A stretch of 40,893 bases of DNA from Candidatus Wildermuthbacteria bacterium RIFCSPHIGHO2_01_FULL_48_25 (GCA_001823155.1 MHTR01000023.1:1-40893), one strand, 5' to 3'; counted from the first letter of the stretch, positions 19,265 to 27,686 are shown. Made by a program: numbers and translations. Notes: a model not told the origin generated them from the sequence alone.

Positions 19265-20360
19265 AGGCTCATCAAAGCCTGAACGGCCTGACCTTTGGCT
19301 CTTGGGTTCAGCTTCTGCTCTTGTTGTGTTTGGCGTCCTCATTTTAGCCAGCGTTTCATCCTCATTCTCTTTGGAGCGCACAGGCACTGCTTTTTACTAT
19401 TTGAACCACCAGCTGCTGTTTGGGTTGCTCCCAGGGCTGCTCCTGGGATTCATTGCCTATCGCATTCCTTTGGAGCGTATTCGCAAAGGAAGCTTGCTCT
19501 TTTTGCTGTTCACCATAGTTTTGCTAATCATGGTGTTCCTTCCCGTGATAGGCGAAGAGGTAAAGGGAGCGTACCGGTGGATTTTCGTGGGTTCGTTTTC
19601 GTTCCAGCCCTCGGAGCTCTTGAAACTTTCTTCCATTCTCTACTTGGCTGCGTTCCTGGCTGCCCGGCGCGAAAAAGAAAAAACAGGGCCTACGTTCCTT
19701 CCTTTTGTGGCTGTTATGGGAGTCATGAGTTTGCTACTCATTCTACAGCCCGACGTGAGCACTCTGGGAATCATAGCGCTGGTGGGATTGCTGCTCTACT
19801 TTTTGAGCGGCACGCCGCTCTGGCACTTCTTACTCATGCTCGGGGGTGGAATCGCGGCCCTCCTTGTTTTAGTTCGCCTGGCTCCGTATCGATTAAGCAG
19901 GTTAACCACGTTCCTTGATCCGGAACTCGACCCCTTAGGAAAAGGGTACCAGATAAAGCAGGCGCTTATTGGTATTGGTTCGGGAGGATTGACCGGAGTA
20001 GGCCTTGGACTATCATTCCAAAAGTTCGGCGTACTCCCAGAACCCATTTCAGACTCCATTTTCGCGGTGTTTGCTGAGGAAACAGGGTTTCTGGGCGCCC
20101 TGTTCCTCATTCTTTTGTTCTTGCTGTTTGCCTGGAGAAGTTTTGTGGTCGCGGGCCGGCTGAACGACATCTTTCTCAAACTCACGGCGCTTGGCATCAC
20201 CCTTTGGATAACCCTGCAAGCATTGATTAACATGGGAGCAATGACAGGAATTTTTCCCTTAACAGGAATACCGCTTCCATTCATTAGTTATGGCGGGTCT
20301 GCCCTGCTTGTGGAGTTGCTCGGTCTTGGAATATTGCTTAACATATCTAGAAGAGCATGA
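19230..20360 (+). CDS. ftsW: SEDS peptidoglycan polymerase FtsW
   Basis: GAYRW, FQPSE, LQPD, GYQ..Q, LPE..SD, PLTGIPLPFISYGGS; upstream of murG. Confidence 0.93.
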   Translation: MERGKKYLFKPEGSSKPERPDLWLLGSASALVVFGVLILASVSSSFSLERTGTAFYYLNHQLLFGLLPGLLLGFIAYRIPLERIRKGSLLFLLFTIVLLIMVFLPVIGEEVKGAYRWIFVGSFSFQPSELLKLSSILYLAAFLAARREKEKTGPTFLPFVAVMGVMSLLLILQPDVSTLGIIALVGLLLYFLSGTPLWHFLLMLGGGIAALLVLVRLAPYRLSRLTTFLDPELDPLGKGYQIKQALIGIGSGGLTGVGLGLSFQKFGVLPEPISDSIFAVFAEETGFLGALFLILLFLLFAWRSFVVAGRLNDIFLKLTALGITLWITLQALINMGAMTGIFPLTGIPLPFISYGGSALLVELLGLGILLNISRRA

Positions 20361-21481
20361 AGATACTATTTACCGGAGGAGGCACGGGTGGGCATGTCGT
20401 CCCGTTGGTCGCGGTGGCGCGCGCGCTTTTTGAAATGAAGCGGGAAGAGGATTTGGATCTGTTCTATCTTGGCCCCAAAGACGCGTTTGGAGACATGCTT
20501 CTTTCGCAAGAAGGCATTGGCATTTTCCATGTTTCAGCAGGAAAACTGAGAAGGTATGGGGGAGCAAAAGCCATTCTCCAAAATATCGTTGACGTTCTAT
20601 TCAAGAATCCCTTGGGATTTTTGCAGGCGTTCTGGAAACTCTTTTTCCTGGCTCCAGACCTCATCTTCAGCAAAGGGGGATATGGTTCACTTCCCACAAC
20701 CATAGCTGGCTGGCTTTTGGGTGTTCCTATCTTTTTACATGAATCAGACAGCGTGCCGGGTTTGGCTAACCGCATTGCTGCAAAATTCTCCACCATGATA
20801 TTCACCTCGTTTCCACGAAATGAGCATTTTCCCAAAGCAAAAACATTGCTTCTCGGAAACCCTGTTCGAACAGAAGTACTCAAGGGCTCCAAAGACCAGG
20901 CGACGCAGTTCTTTCACTTAGAAGGCCAAAAACCCTTGGTATTTATCATGGGAGGGTCGCAAGGCGCAAAGCGCGTCAATGAAATGCTTTTGATTATTTT
21001 AGAAGAAGCACTTAAAACATTTGAAATAATCCACCAAACTGGGGAGAAAAACTACCCAGGCATGAAACAGGAAACAGACGCGGTGCTGAGCGAAGAAGCG
21101 AGAAAAGCCTATCATGCTGTTCCATTCCTCAAAGAAACAGAACTGCGTGACGCATATGCCGCAGCAGACTTGGTAGTGGCGCGAGCCGGCTCGGGCTCAA
21201 TATTCGAAATAGCCGCGGTGGGGAAACCCGCAATACTCATTCCGCTTCCAGAATCAGCCCAGAATCATCAGGTAACAAACGCCTACGAATACGCGAGAAC
21301 AGGGACGGCAGCTGTTTTGGAAGAAGCAAACCTTACCCCGCATTTCTTTCTTGAAAAGGTGAAAAATCTGCTGCAAAATCCCCAAGAGTTGGAAAAGATG
21401 GCTTTTGCCGCGCGAAGCTTTGCCAAACCAGGAGCTGCGAATAATATCGCAAAATATCTCCTGCAGTACCTTGCAAGATAG
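20357..21481 (+). CDS. murG: Undecaprenyl-PP-MurNAc-pentapeptide GlcNAc transferase
   Basis: GGGTGGH, KGGY, HESD..PGLAN, GNPVR, GGSQGA, RAGS, HQ..NA. Confidence 0.96.
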   Translation: MKILFTGGGTGGHVVPLVAVARALFEMKREEDLDLFYLGPKDAFGDMLLSQEGIGIFHVSAGKLRRYGGAKAILQNIVDVLFKNPLGFLQAFWKLFFLAPDLIFSKGGYGSLPTTIAGWLLGVPIFLHESDSVPGLANRIAAKFSTMIFTSFPRNEHFPKAKTLLLGNPVRTEVLKGSKDQATQFFHLEGQKPLVFIMGGSQGAKRVNEMLLIILEEALKTFEIIHQTGEKNYPGMKQETDAVLSEEARKAYHAVPFLKETELRDAYAAADLVVARAGSGSIFEIAAVGKPAILIPLPESAQNHQVTNAYEYARTGTAAVLEEANLTPHFFLEKVKNLLQNPQELEKMAFAARSFAKPGAANNIAKYLLQYLAR

Positions 21482-21529
21482 GGGAGTGTGTGATAAAAAA
21501 TGCAGCAGAGATAAGGGAGGTAACCGGCT

Positions 21530-21706
21530 TTGGTAAACATACATTCGCTCGACACTAATTCGGCCGAGGAAGAATCTTCCCCTGCCCCTGGGAATACGCA
21601 GGTGATGGTTCGGACCACCCGCCAATGGATGGCCTACTACGAACCAGAATTGCAACTGGCAGAAGATTGGGCCACCGCATCGGATGACCCAACTGCGGCG
21701 ACCTAA
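21530..21706 (+). CDS. Small acidic orphan protein (58 aa), below ORF-track cutoff
   Basis: TTGCAA-17-TAAAAA promoter, GGAGGT SD, TTG start, stop TAA inside terminator loop gcggcga-cctaac-tcgccgc. Confidence 0.55.
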   Translation: MVNIHSLDTNSAEEESSPAPGNTQVMVRTTRQWMAYYEPELQLAEDWATASDDPTAAT

Positions 21707-21749
21707 CTCGCCGCCTTTTCTTTTTCTCCAAAAGTGGTACTTTAAAGCA

Positions 21750-23186
21750 ATGGATAAGGTACGAACAAGATTTGCCCCATCACCCACGGGGCCGCTGCAT
21801 ATGGGAAACGTGAGGACTGCACTATTTAACTATCTTTTTGCGAGAAACCAAAAAGGGGATTTTGTGCTGCGCATTGAAGATACAGACAAAGAACGTTCTG
21901 AAAAGCAGTGGGAAGATGACCTCTTGGAAAACCTCAAATGGCTGGGTTTGAACTGGAACGAAGGAGTAGAAAAAGGAGGACCTTACGAATCGTATCGACA
22001 AAGCGAAAGAACGGATCTGTATGAAAAGTACCTTAAGAAACTCTTGGATGAAAAGAAAGCGTATTATTGCTTTTGCACTGAAGAAGAGCTCGAAGCGCAA
22101 AGACAGGAGCAAATGAGCAGGGGAGAGGCGCCCCGCTACAGGGGGACATGTAGACAATTGACAATTGACCAACAACAAAAGCAACTAAAGGCAGGAACGC
22201 CTTCTGTGATCCGCTTTATCATGGAAGTAAAACCTTTGGCCTTCGAAGATCTTGTTCGAGGTAAAGTTCAGTTCGACACCGGTTTGATAGGGGATACCGT
22301 TGTTGCAAAAGACCTCAAAACTCCTTTGTATAACTTCTCGGTGGTCATTGATGACTTTGAGATGAAAATCACTCACGTTATTCGCGGTGAAGACCATATC
22401 GCGAATACTCCAAAGCAAATACTGCTTCAAGAAGCCCTTAGCTTCCCCAGGCCCGTGTATATCCATTTGCCGCTTATTCTCGCAGAAGACCGCACCAAAT
22501 TAAGTAAACGACACGGAGACAACTCTGTTACTCGTTTTCGAAAAGAAGGATACTTGCCTGAAGCCGTAGTAAACTTCTTGGCTCTCTTGGGCTGGAACCC
22601 AGGCGACGAACGAGAGATCTTTTCTTTGGAAGAGTTGGTAAAAGAGTTTTCTGTTGAAAAAATACAAAAAGCAGGCGCAGTGTTTAATGTAAAGCGCTTG
22701 GATTGGATCAATGGCGCGTATATTAGGAAAAAAACTCCAAAGGAGCTCGCGGAACTCTCAAAACCATACCTTCCCGAGGGCGTGAAAACAGAAGATGTAG
22801 AAAAAGTCATAGTATTATACCAAGCGCGGCTGAAAAAAATGTCTGAAATAACAGAACTTGCTGATTTCTTTTTCGCAAAAGAACTGAAATATGACAAAAA
22901 AATGCTTATCTGGAAAGGAGCAGGGGAGCAGAAAACGCGAGAAGCCCTGGAGCAGGTTCAGAAAATACTTTTGGAAGTGAAAGAAAAAGATTGGAACAAA
23001 GAAAAATTGCAGGAAATATTAATGCCAGAAGCTGAAAAAGTAGGGGATAGGGGGCTTTTGCTTTGGCCCTTGAGAGTTGCATTAACAGGAAAGGAAGCAT
23101 CGGCAGGGCCATTTGAGGTTGCACAAGCCCTGGGGAAAACAAAAACCTTGCAACGAATTGAAGAAGCGCGTACACTAATACAATGA
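21750..23186 (+). CDS. gltX: Glutamate--tRNA ligase
   Basis: RTRFAPSPTG-LHMGN (HIGH), LRIEDTD, HVIRGEDH, KLSKR; ATG 21750. Confidence 0.97.
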   Translation: MDKVRTRFAPSPTGPLHMGNVRTALFNYLFARNQKGDFVLRIEDTDKERSEKQWEDDLLENLKWLGLNWNEGVEKGGPYESYRQSERTDLYEKYLKKLLDEKKAYYCFCTEEELEAQRQEQMSRGEAPRYRGTCRQLTIDQQQKQLKAGTPSVIRFIMEVKPLAFEDLVRGKVQFDTGLIGDTVVAKDLKTPLYNFSVVIDDFEMKITHVIRGEDHIANTPKQILLQEALSFPRPVYIHLPLILAEDRTKLSKRHGDNSVTRFRKEGYLPEAVVNFLALLGWNPGDEREIFSLEELVKEFSVEKIQKAGAVFNVKRLDWINGAYIRKKTPKELAELSKPYLPEGVKTEDVEKVIVLYQARLKKMSEITELADFFFAKELKYDKKMLIWKGAGEQKTREALEQVQKILLEVKEKDWNKEKLQEILMPEAEKVGDRGLLLWPLRVALTGKEASAGPFEVAQALGKTKTLQRIEEARTLIQ

Positions 23187-23434
23187 GTTTGAAACGACTT
23201 GCAATTCTTTTCATCATTCTGTACTTCTTGCCTGTGGTACTAGGCCAAGTATCTGCAACGCCTTTGGTTGACGGGTTCAAGAGTTTCTCATTGCCCGCCA
23301 TTTGGGAGGGGTTCACAACGGTCTTAGACCAGAATATAGAGTTTTACCTGGGTTGGCTTACCCCGTGGATAGATAAGGCTAAGAACATCCTCAGAGGTAA
23401 CTTACCACCCGAAACCCAACAGTTCGTGCCCTAG
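23183..23434 (+). CDS. Small membrane/exported hypothetical protein
   Basis: Hydrophobic N-terminus, ATGA coupling to gltX, followed by hairpin gccctaga/tctagggc. Confidence 0.65.
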   Translation: MSLKRLAILFIILYFLPVVLGQVSATPLVDGFKSFSLPAIWEGFTTVLDQNIEFYLGWLTPWIDKAKNILRGNLPPETQQFVP

Positions 23435-23484
23435 ACCCCTTCTAGGGCTTTAAAATGCCTTATTTTACTCTCAAAAAGCAGCCC

Positions 23485-23513
23485 TTGACACGGTTATAGG
23501 GGAGGGTTATTGT
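23485..23513 (+). promoter_or_regulatory. Sigma70 promoter of xer gene
   Basis: TTGACA-17bp-TATTGT. Confidence 0.7.
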
Positions 23514-23524
23514 GAATATAGGAT

Positions 23525-23552
23525 AGGTCGCACAATATAGGTTAAGCGACTT
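23525..23552. other. dif-like Xer recombination site
   Basis: AGGTCGCACAA-TATAGG-TTAAGCGACTT, 11-6-11 imperfect inverted repeat immediately upstream of xer. Confidence 0.7.
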
Positions 23553-23596
23553 TTAAGATATAAAAGGTTCCGGAGTTGCACAATAAGCACTTCCCT

Positions 23597-24550
23597 ATGG
23601 AAAAATCAAAAAAGCCAATACTTGAACATATAGTTGATTTTCTTGATTACTGCGAAGTAGAACGCGGATTGTCCAGCAAAACTCAAGAGAATTATAATCA
23701 CTATCTCAAGAAGTTCTCTACCTGGCTCTCTTCCAAAAACCGCCAAGGCCTTCTTCCAGCTGACTTTACTGCCCAGGATGTCTGGGATTATAGGCTTTAC
23801 TTGTCTCGGCACCAGGATAAGGCTGGCAAAAGCCTGTCTAAGCTCACCCAGAACTACTATTTAATAGCCCTGCGAGCCCTTCTGGGCTACTTTGTAGCCA
23901 AAGACATAGTTTCACTGCCTCCAGAGAAAGTAACCCTGCCAAAGGACGCAGACAAGGAGAAAACCATCAAGTTCTTAAACCTAGAACAGATCCAGAAGCT
24001 TTTGGATGCACCAGATGCTACAAACCCCTCTGGACTACGGGATAAAGTGATCCTGGAAGCCTTGTTTTCCACTGGTTTGCGTATTGCAGAACTCATAGCA
24101 CTCAACAAGGAACAATTTGATTTCAGTTCAGATAAAAAGGACTTTGAGTTAAGTGTTATTGGTAAAGGTTCCAGAGCCAGAACCGTGTACTTTTCAGAAC
24201 GGGCTTTGGAATGGCTTAAAAAGTATCTCAATACGCGCAAAGACAAGCAAAAGGCTTTGTTTATCAACTACAGGGGCCGAACTAAGGAAGAAAACCGGCT
24301 CACAAGCCGTTCTATCGAAAGAATGATGAAGAAGTACTCAATCAAAGCCGGCATTCCCCTATTCACTACTCCTCATACCCTACGCCATTCATACGCAACT
24401 GATTTGCTTGAGCAAGGTGTAGACCTCCGCACCATTCAAGAATTCCTGGGTCACAAAAACATTGTGACCACCCAAATCTACACCCACGTCACCAACAAAC
24501 GCCTCCGAGATATTCATCGTCAATTCCACAGCGGCAAAAACCTTAAGTAA
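23597..24550 (+). CDS. Xer-family tyrosine recombinase
   Basis: N-terminal SAM-like domain (ERGLSSKTQENY); catalytic R (TGLRIAE), K (GKG), HTLRH, LGH, TTQIY; ATG 23597. Confidence 0.93.
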   Translation: MEKSKKPILEHIVDFLDYCEVERGLSSKTQENYNHYLKKFSTWLSSKNRQGLLPADFTAQDVWDYRLYLSRHQDKAGKSLSKLTQNYYLIALRALLGYFVAKDIVSLPPEKVTLPKDADKEKTIKFLNLEQIQKLLDAPDATNPSGLRDKVILEALFSTGLRIAELIALNKEQFDFSSDKKDFELSVIGKGSRARTVYFSERALEWLKKYLNTRKDKQKALFINYRGRTKEENRLTSRSIERMMKKYSIKAGIPLFTTPHTLRHSYATDLLEQGVDLRTIQEFLGHKNIVTTQIYTHVTNKRLRDIHRQFHSGKNLK

Positions 24551-24669
24551 AACTAGGCCCGGCCTAGTATAAGTTCCACCTAGTGTGTGGATTATATAAA
24601 GCGCCCATACAAGGGCGCCTACAATATAAACTAAGCTCCGCTTAGTTATCCACACCTAGGTGGAACTTA
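24551..24669. repeat. Nested palindrome cluster / MITE-like element after xer
   Basis: 19-bp palindromes at 24551 and 24629; ~24-bp imperfect terminal IR taagttccacctag(t)gtgtggat ... atccacacctaggtggaactta. Confidence 0.75.
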
Positions 24670-24767
24670 ATCACAAGTCGCCTGCGGTCTTTTTCTTTGT
24701 TGAAATAAAAACACTGATAAGATGTCTCCTATCAGTGATACATACCTTGGGGATTAACCCTAGGGCA

Positions 24768-24998
24768 TCATGCCCCCAACCGTCCCCTTTCCCTTAGAGC
24801 AATCTCGAGTATGTCGCTTATCATGCCCCGTGGAGTTGCCACCGGTTTACCATCTTGCGCAACCACGTATTGCTCGTCGGGTGTGTGAGGCACGAAAACG
24901 AGCGTGGATCTCCTGCCGGTTCTCCGCTCCCATTCGCAAAGAGCGTCGAGAAGCCGCACCATTGCTGTGTCACATTCTGGATCCCTGTGATGAACCAC
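24768..24998 (-). CDS. Small orphan protein in cassette
   Basis: AAGGAGG SD, TTGACT-16-TAAGAT, terminator cactgata/tatcagtg plus TTTTATTT at 24703-24738. Confidence 0.7.
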   Translation of the reverse strand: MVHHRDPECDTAMVRLLDALCEWERRTGRRSTLVFVPHTPDEQYVVAQDGKPVATPRGMISDILEIALRERGRLGA

Positions 24999-25072
24999 GT
25001 TTTGCCTCCTTGAGCCTAGCTGACGCTATCTTAATCATAAAGAACAAAAAGTCAAGAATGTCGCACAATGTA

Positions 25073-25091
25073 AACTAGGGTTACCCTAGTT
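25073..25091. repeat. Intergenic 19-bp palindrome singlet
   Basis: aactagggttaccctagtt. Confidence 0.85.
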
Positions 25092-25096
25092 TTGGA

Positions 25097-25309
25097 CTAC
25101 TCCCCCACTTCGAAGACTTTTTGGCGGGAAACAAAGCCAGAAACGAGTTTCACAGGTTTGTGAAGATATTCTGTTAAAGCTTTCTCAATTGCCCTGTTCG
25201 CTCTCCCCTCTTTTGGCGGCTCCTTCACCGAAACCACGAAATGCGCTTCATCAATTTTCTCAATCCCCTCTTCCCTCGCCCCCGGCTTCGCTTTTATAAA
25301 GATTTTCAT
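25097..25309 (-). CDS. DUF167 (YggU-like) protein
   Basis: KAKPGA, VSVKEPPKEGRAN, LVSG..SRQK. Confidence 0.88.
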   Translation of the reverse strand: MKIFIKAKPGAREEGIEKIDEAHFVVSVKEPPKEGRANRAIEKALTEYLHKPVKLVSGFVSRQKVFEVGE

Positions 25310-25338
25310 ACACTTACACTAAGGAACCTCGCATAATG

Positions 25339-25899
25339 TTACCTCTTCGTGATTATACCCAAAAAGGCATCTAAGATGACTGGGTATTCCTTATCATTAA
25401 AATGTCCCCTGCCCTGTTCTATAATCGATCTGGCACCAAGTTTTTCTCGGAACAAAGCGTTGTGTTTTACCAATACCCAAGGATCGTCTGTTGAGTGAAT
25501 AGCTACAAAACTACTGCAATGTTTCTTAATTCTCTCCCAATCAATAGGAGTTTCAAAGAAACCTATCAGTTCATTTTTGTAATCTGCGTATTCCAAGTTA
25601 GAACCAAACCCTGCTACCAGAACAGTTCCACCGATCTTCTGATCATCTTGCAGTGTTTCTAAATAACGCAAAATAGTAATGCAACCCAAACTGTGCCCGA
25701 TAAAATAGGTATCTTGGTTTGGAGTTCCCACTGCTTCGGTAAGGTAAGAAACCCAGGCATCCATTTTTGGGTTCATCGGGTCTGGCATGGCAGGAGCAAT
25801 GACGTTGAACCCCTTCTGCTCGAGCTCTTTTTTAATCCAAACAAACCAGTCCTTTTCTGGATTCCCCTCCCACCCGTGTATAAGAAATACACGCTTCAT
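25339..25899 (-). CDS. RBBP9/YdeN-family alpha/beta hydrolase
   Basis: IHGWEG, GHSLG nucleophile elbow, HSTDDPWV, GHF. Confidence 0.9.
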   Translation of the reverse strand: MKRVFLIHGWEGNPEKDWFVWIKKELEQKGFNVIAPAMPDPMNPKMDAWVSYLTEAVGTPNQDTYFIGHSLGCITILRYLETLQDDQKIGGTVLVAGFGSNLEYADYKNELIGFFETPIDWERIKKHCSSFVAIHSTDDPWVLVKHNALFREKLGARSIIEQGRGHFNDKEYPVILDAFLGIITKR

Positions 25900-26014
25900 G
25901 GAAGTATCCTACCAAAAAATCGCCCGGGAGCCAACTGATTGACAACGGAAAGCTCAGCGAGTATAAAGGAGGCGCGAGAGGTATGCCTCTTGCATACAAG
26001 AAGGAGGTGAGGGT

Positions 26015-26629
26015 ATGCCCTCAACTAAAGGACTGAAACTGCTCGTTCGCACAACCCAGCCCGATTACGGAGAATGGCTCGAGCTACTAGAGGCTCGAAG
26101 AGTCCTTCTCAAGCCGCACTTCGACTCGATCACGCTTCGCAAATTGGGAGACGTTGAATGTCTCCGTTCGGGAAACTCCGCCACGCGACTCGGTTTCGCT
26201 CGTCCCTTAGTAGGAGACAAGCGTTTCTCGCTGGAAACGCAGGGTGTTTTCGCCACCATCTGGAAATGCACCTACGTCCCTCATAGCGGATATCAGGCAC
26301 CTCCAGGAGGTGTATCCTCGCCAGACGGTATTCTGCATTTCTGGGGCCTGACTCGTGATGCGCTCTGGATTCTCGTGGCAGTGCAATTCAAGGGGGAACC
26401 GGGATACAAGAACTATGGTCTCCAGATTGCTGTCTCGGTAGATATCCAAGAAGCAACCCCCGCACGCATCGTTGAGAAAACAGAGCGTACTGCGCTAGAG
26501 ATCTGGCGAAGGCTCGGCGAGACGGCCCGAAGTTGGCTTCAAGAACGCCAAATACTGTACCAGCATATACAGAACCTCACCACGCAGATTGCCATGGAGG
26601 AACAGGCACTCGCCTTGATAGAAGAATAG
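26015..26629 (+). CDS. Orphan protein in cassette
   Basis: TTGACA(25939)-17-TATAAA, AAGGAGGTGA SD, terminator 26636-26670. Confidence 0.75.
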   Translation: MPSTKGLKLLVRTTQPDYGEWLELLEARRVLLKPHFDSITLRKLGDVECLRSGNSATRLGFARPLVGDKRFSLETQGVFATIWKCTYVPHSGYQAPPGGVSSPDGILHFWGLTRDALWILVAVQFKGEPGYKNYGLQIAVSVDIQEATPARIVEKTERTALEIWRRLGETARSWLQERQILYQHIQNLTTQIAMEEQALALIEE

Positions 26630-26707
26630 TTGGAAAGGCCTTGAAGTTCGACTTCGAGGCCGTTTTTATTAAGGCAATAAAAACCATCGAACTCGCCACA
26701 TGAAATC

Positions 26708-26736
26708 TTGACAATTTTAACTTCCTAATGTACAAT
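26708..26736 (+). promoter_or_regulatory. Near-consensus sigma70 promoter
   Basis: TTGACA-17bp-TACAAT. Confidence 0.8.
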
Positions 26737-26742
26737 ACGCAG

Positions 26743-26885
26743 TGCCCCGGCTCGAGCATGCACCCGGCACACGCCGGAACCAAAGCGAGCCTGATACGCC
26801 AGCTCGACCGAATGCAGTTCAACACGTAGAACCAGCTCCCCGTTCAACCCAGCCCCCGTGCGAACGCATCGGGGGCTTACTATTA
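26743..26885 (+). ncRNA. Candidate structured small RNA (~140 nt)
   Basis: Strong promoter, four hairpins, terminal GC-rich stem agcccccg/cgggggct, no SD-led ORF. Confidence 0.4.
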
Positions 26886-26908
26886 GGAAAGTGAGTTTTT
26901 TATGCCAA

Positions 26909-26927
26909 AACTAGGGTAACCCTAGTT
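26909..26927. repeat. Intergenic 19-bp palindrome singlet
   Basis: aactagggtaaccctagtt. Confidence 0.85.
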
Positions 26928-26991
26928 TAAATGAAACGGGGCGAACTAAAGACGAAGGATGAGAGTGTTAGACGCCGAGCGTCTAACATCT

Positions 26992-27023
26992 ACGAAATTA
27001 AAAAGAAAGTCAAGGAAATAAAA
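26992..27023. repeat. Cassette-junction repeat, copy 1
   Basis: acgaaattaaaaagaaagtcaaggaaataaaa, 30/32 identical to 29733-29764. Confidence 0.85.
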
Positions 27024-27077
27024 AGAGGCTGCAACATGTGCTGCAGCCCTGCGATTGAAACGAGGATTACTCCTCGT

Positions 27078-27686
27078 CTACTGGGTCCATTGGTCGTTGA
27101 GCCCGAATCCGGGCGCTCCGACCTTGGACTGAAGCCCGTGGAAGCCGCCCACCGGGTCGTTGTACACCTCCTGGATGACCGTGTACTGACCCCAAAGCGG
27201 GCTACCCGGACCGGTCCAGACGATCTTCACGAAGTACGTGTAGTGGGCGTCCTGCGTTCCGTCGCCATCTGAGTCGTAGTCGCCCTCATTCTGGTTTGTG
27301 AGCCATCCCAGACTGATACCACCGACAACTCCGTCCACCAGACCACGGTCGAGTTTTCCGTCGCCGTCACAGTCAACGTTGGCTAGCCAGGCATCGCTCC
27401 ACTTCATGATCAGACTGTCGTCTGCGAAGTCGCTGGTGTCGTTCCCGATGACGCGGTCAAAGGCGTCGTAGGTGCCGACGAACAGATGAGCCTGGTAGTT
27501 GTACCCGTACTGGTCAAATCCAACCTGCACGGGATTGCCGGCGTTGTCGCTGATGGTGCCACCCTGAATAGTGGCGCATCCGACATTGGGCCCTCCTCTT
27601 GCGAGCACGCTGGGAGCTCCAAGGAGCCCCACTGTCAGAACAAGTGCCAGTATCAGAAACCAGAACCCGAAACGAAACTTCTTCAT
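27078..27686 (-). CDS. Secreted acidic protein with DxDGDG Ca-binding-like motifs
   Basis: Signal peptide, DCDGDG and DSDGDG, TTGACA-17-TAATAT promoter, own terminator. Confidence 0.8.
   Translation of the reverse strand: MKKFRFGFWFLILALVLTVGLLGAPSVLARGGPNVGCATIQGGTISDNAGNPVQVGFDQYGYNYQAHLFVGTYDAFDRVIGNDTSDFADDSLIMKWSDAWLANVDCDGDGKLDRGLVDGVVGGISLGWLTNQNEGDYDSDGDGTQDAHYTYFVKIVWTGPGSPLWGQYTVIQEVYNDPVGGFHGLQSKVGAPGFGLNDQWTQ

Noticed and set aside
21684-21749. Extended gltX N-terminus in ORF track
   Set aside because: Runs through a terminator; homology starts at MDKVRTRFAP (21750)
23597-24550. Integron integrase with attC cassette array
   Set aside because: No IntI-specific insertion evident before HxxR, no consistent RYYYAAC/GTTRRRY attC sites, and downstream genes have mixed orientation with their own promoters
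24586-24654. oriC from DnaA boxes
   Set aside because: Only 1-2 boxes, no dnaA/dnaN or AT-rich unwinding element; convergent gene orientation and the dif-like site indicate a terminus
26931-27272. 113-aa plus-strand ORF
   Set aside because: Crosses a palindrome, junction repeat and terminator and overlaps the secreted-protein gene antisense
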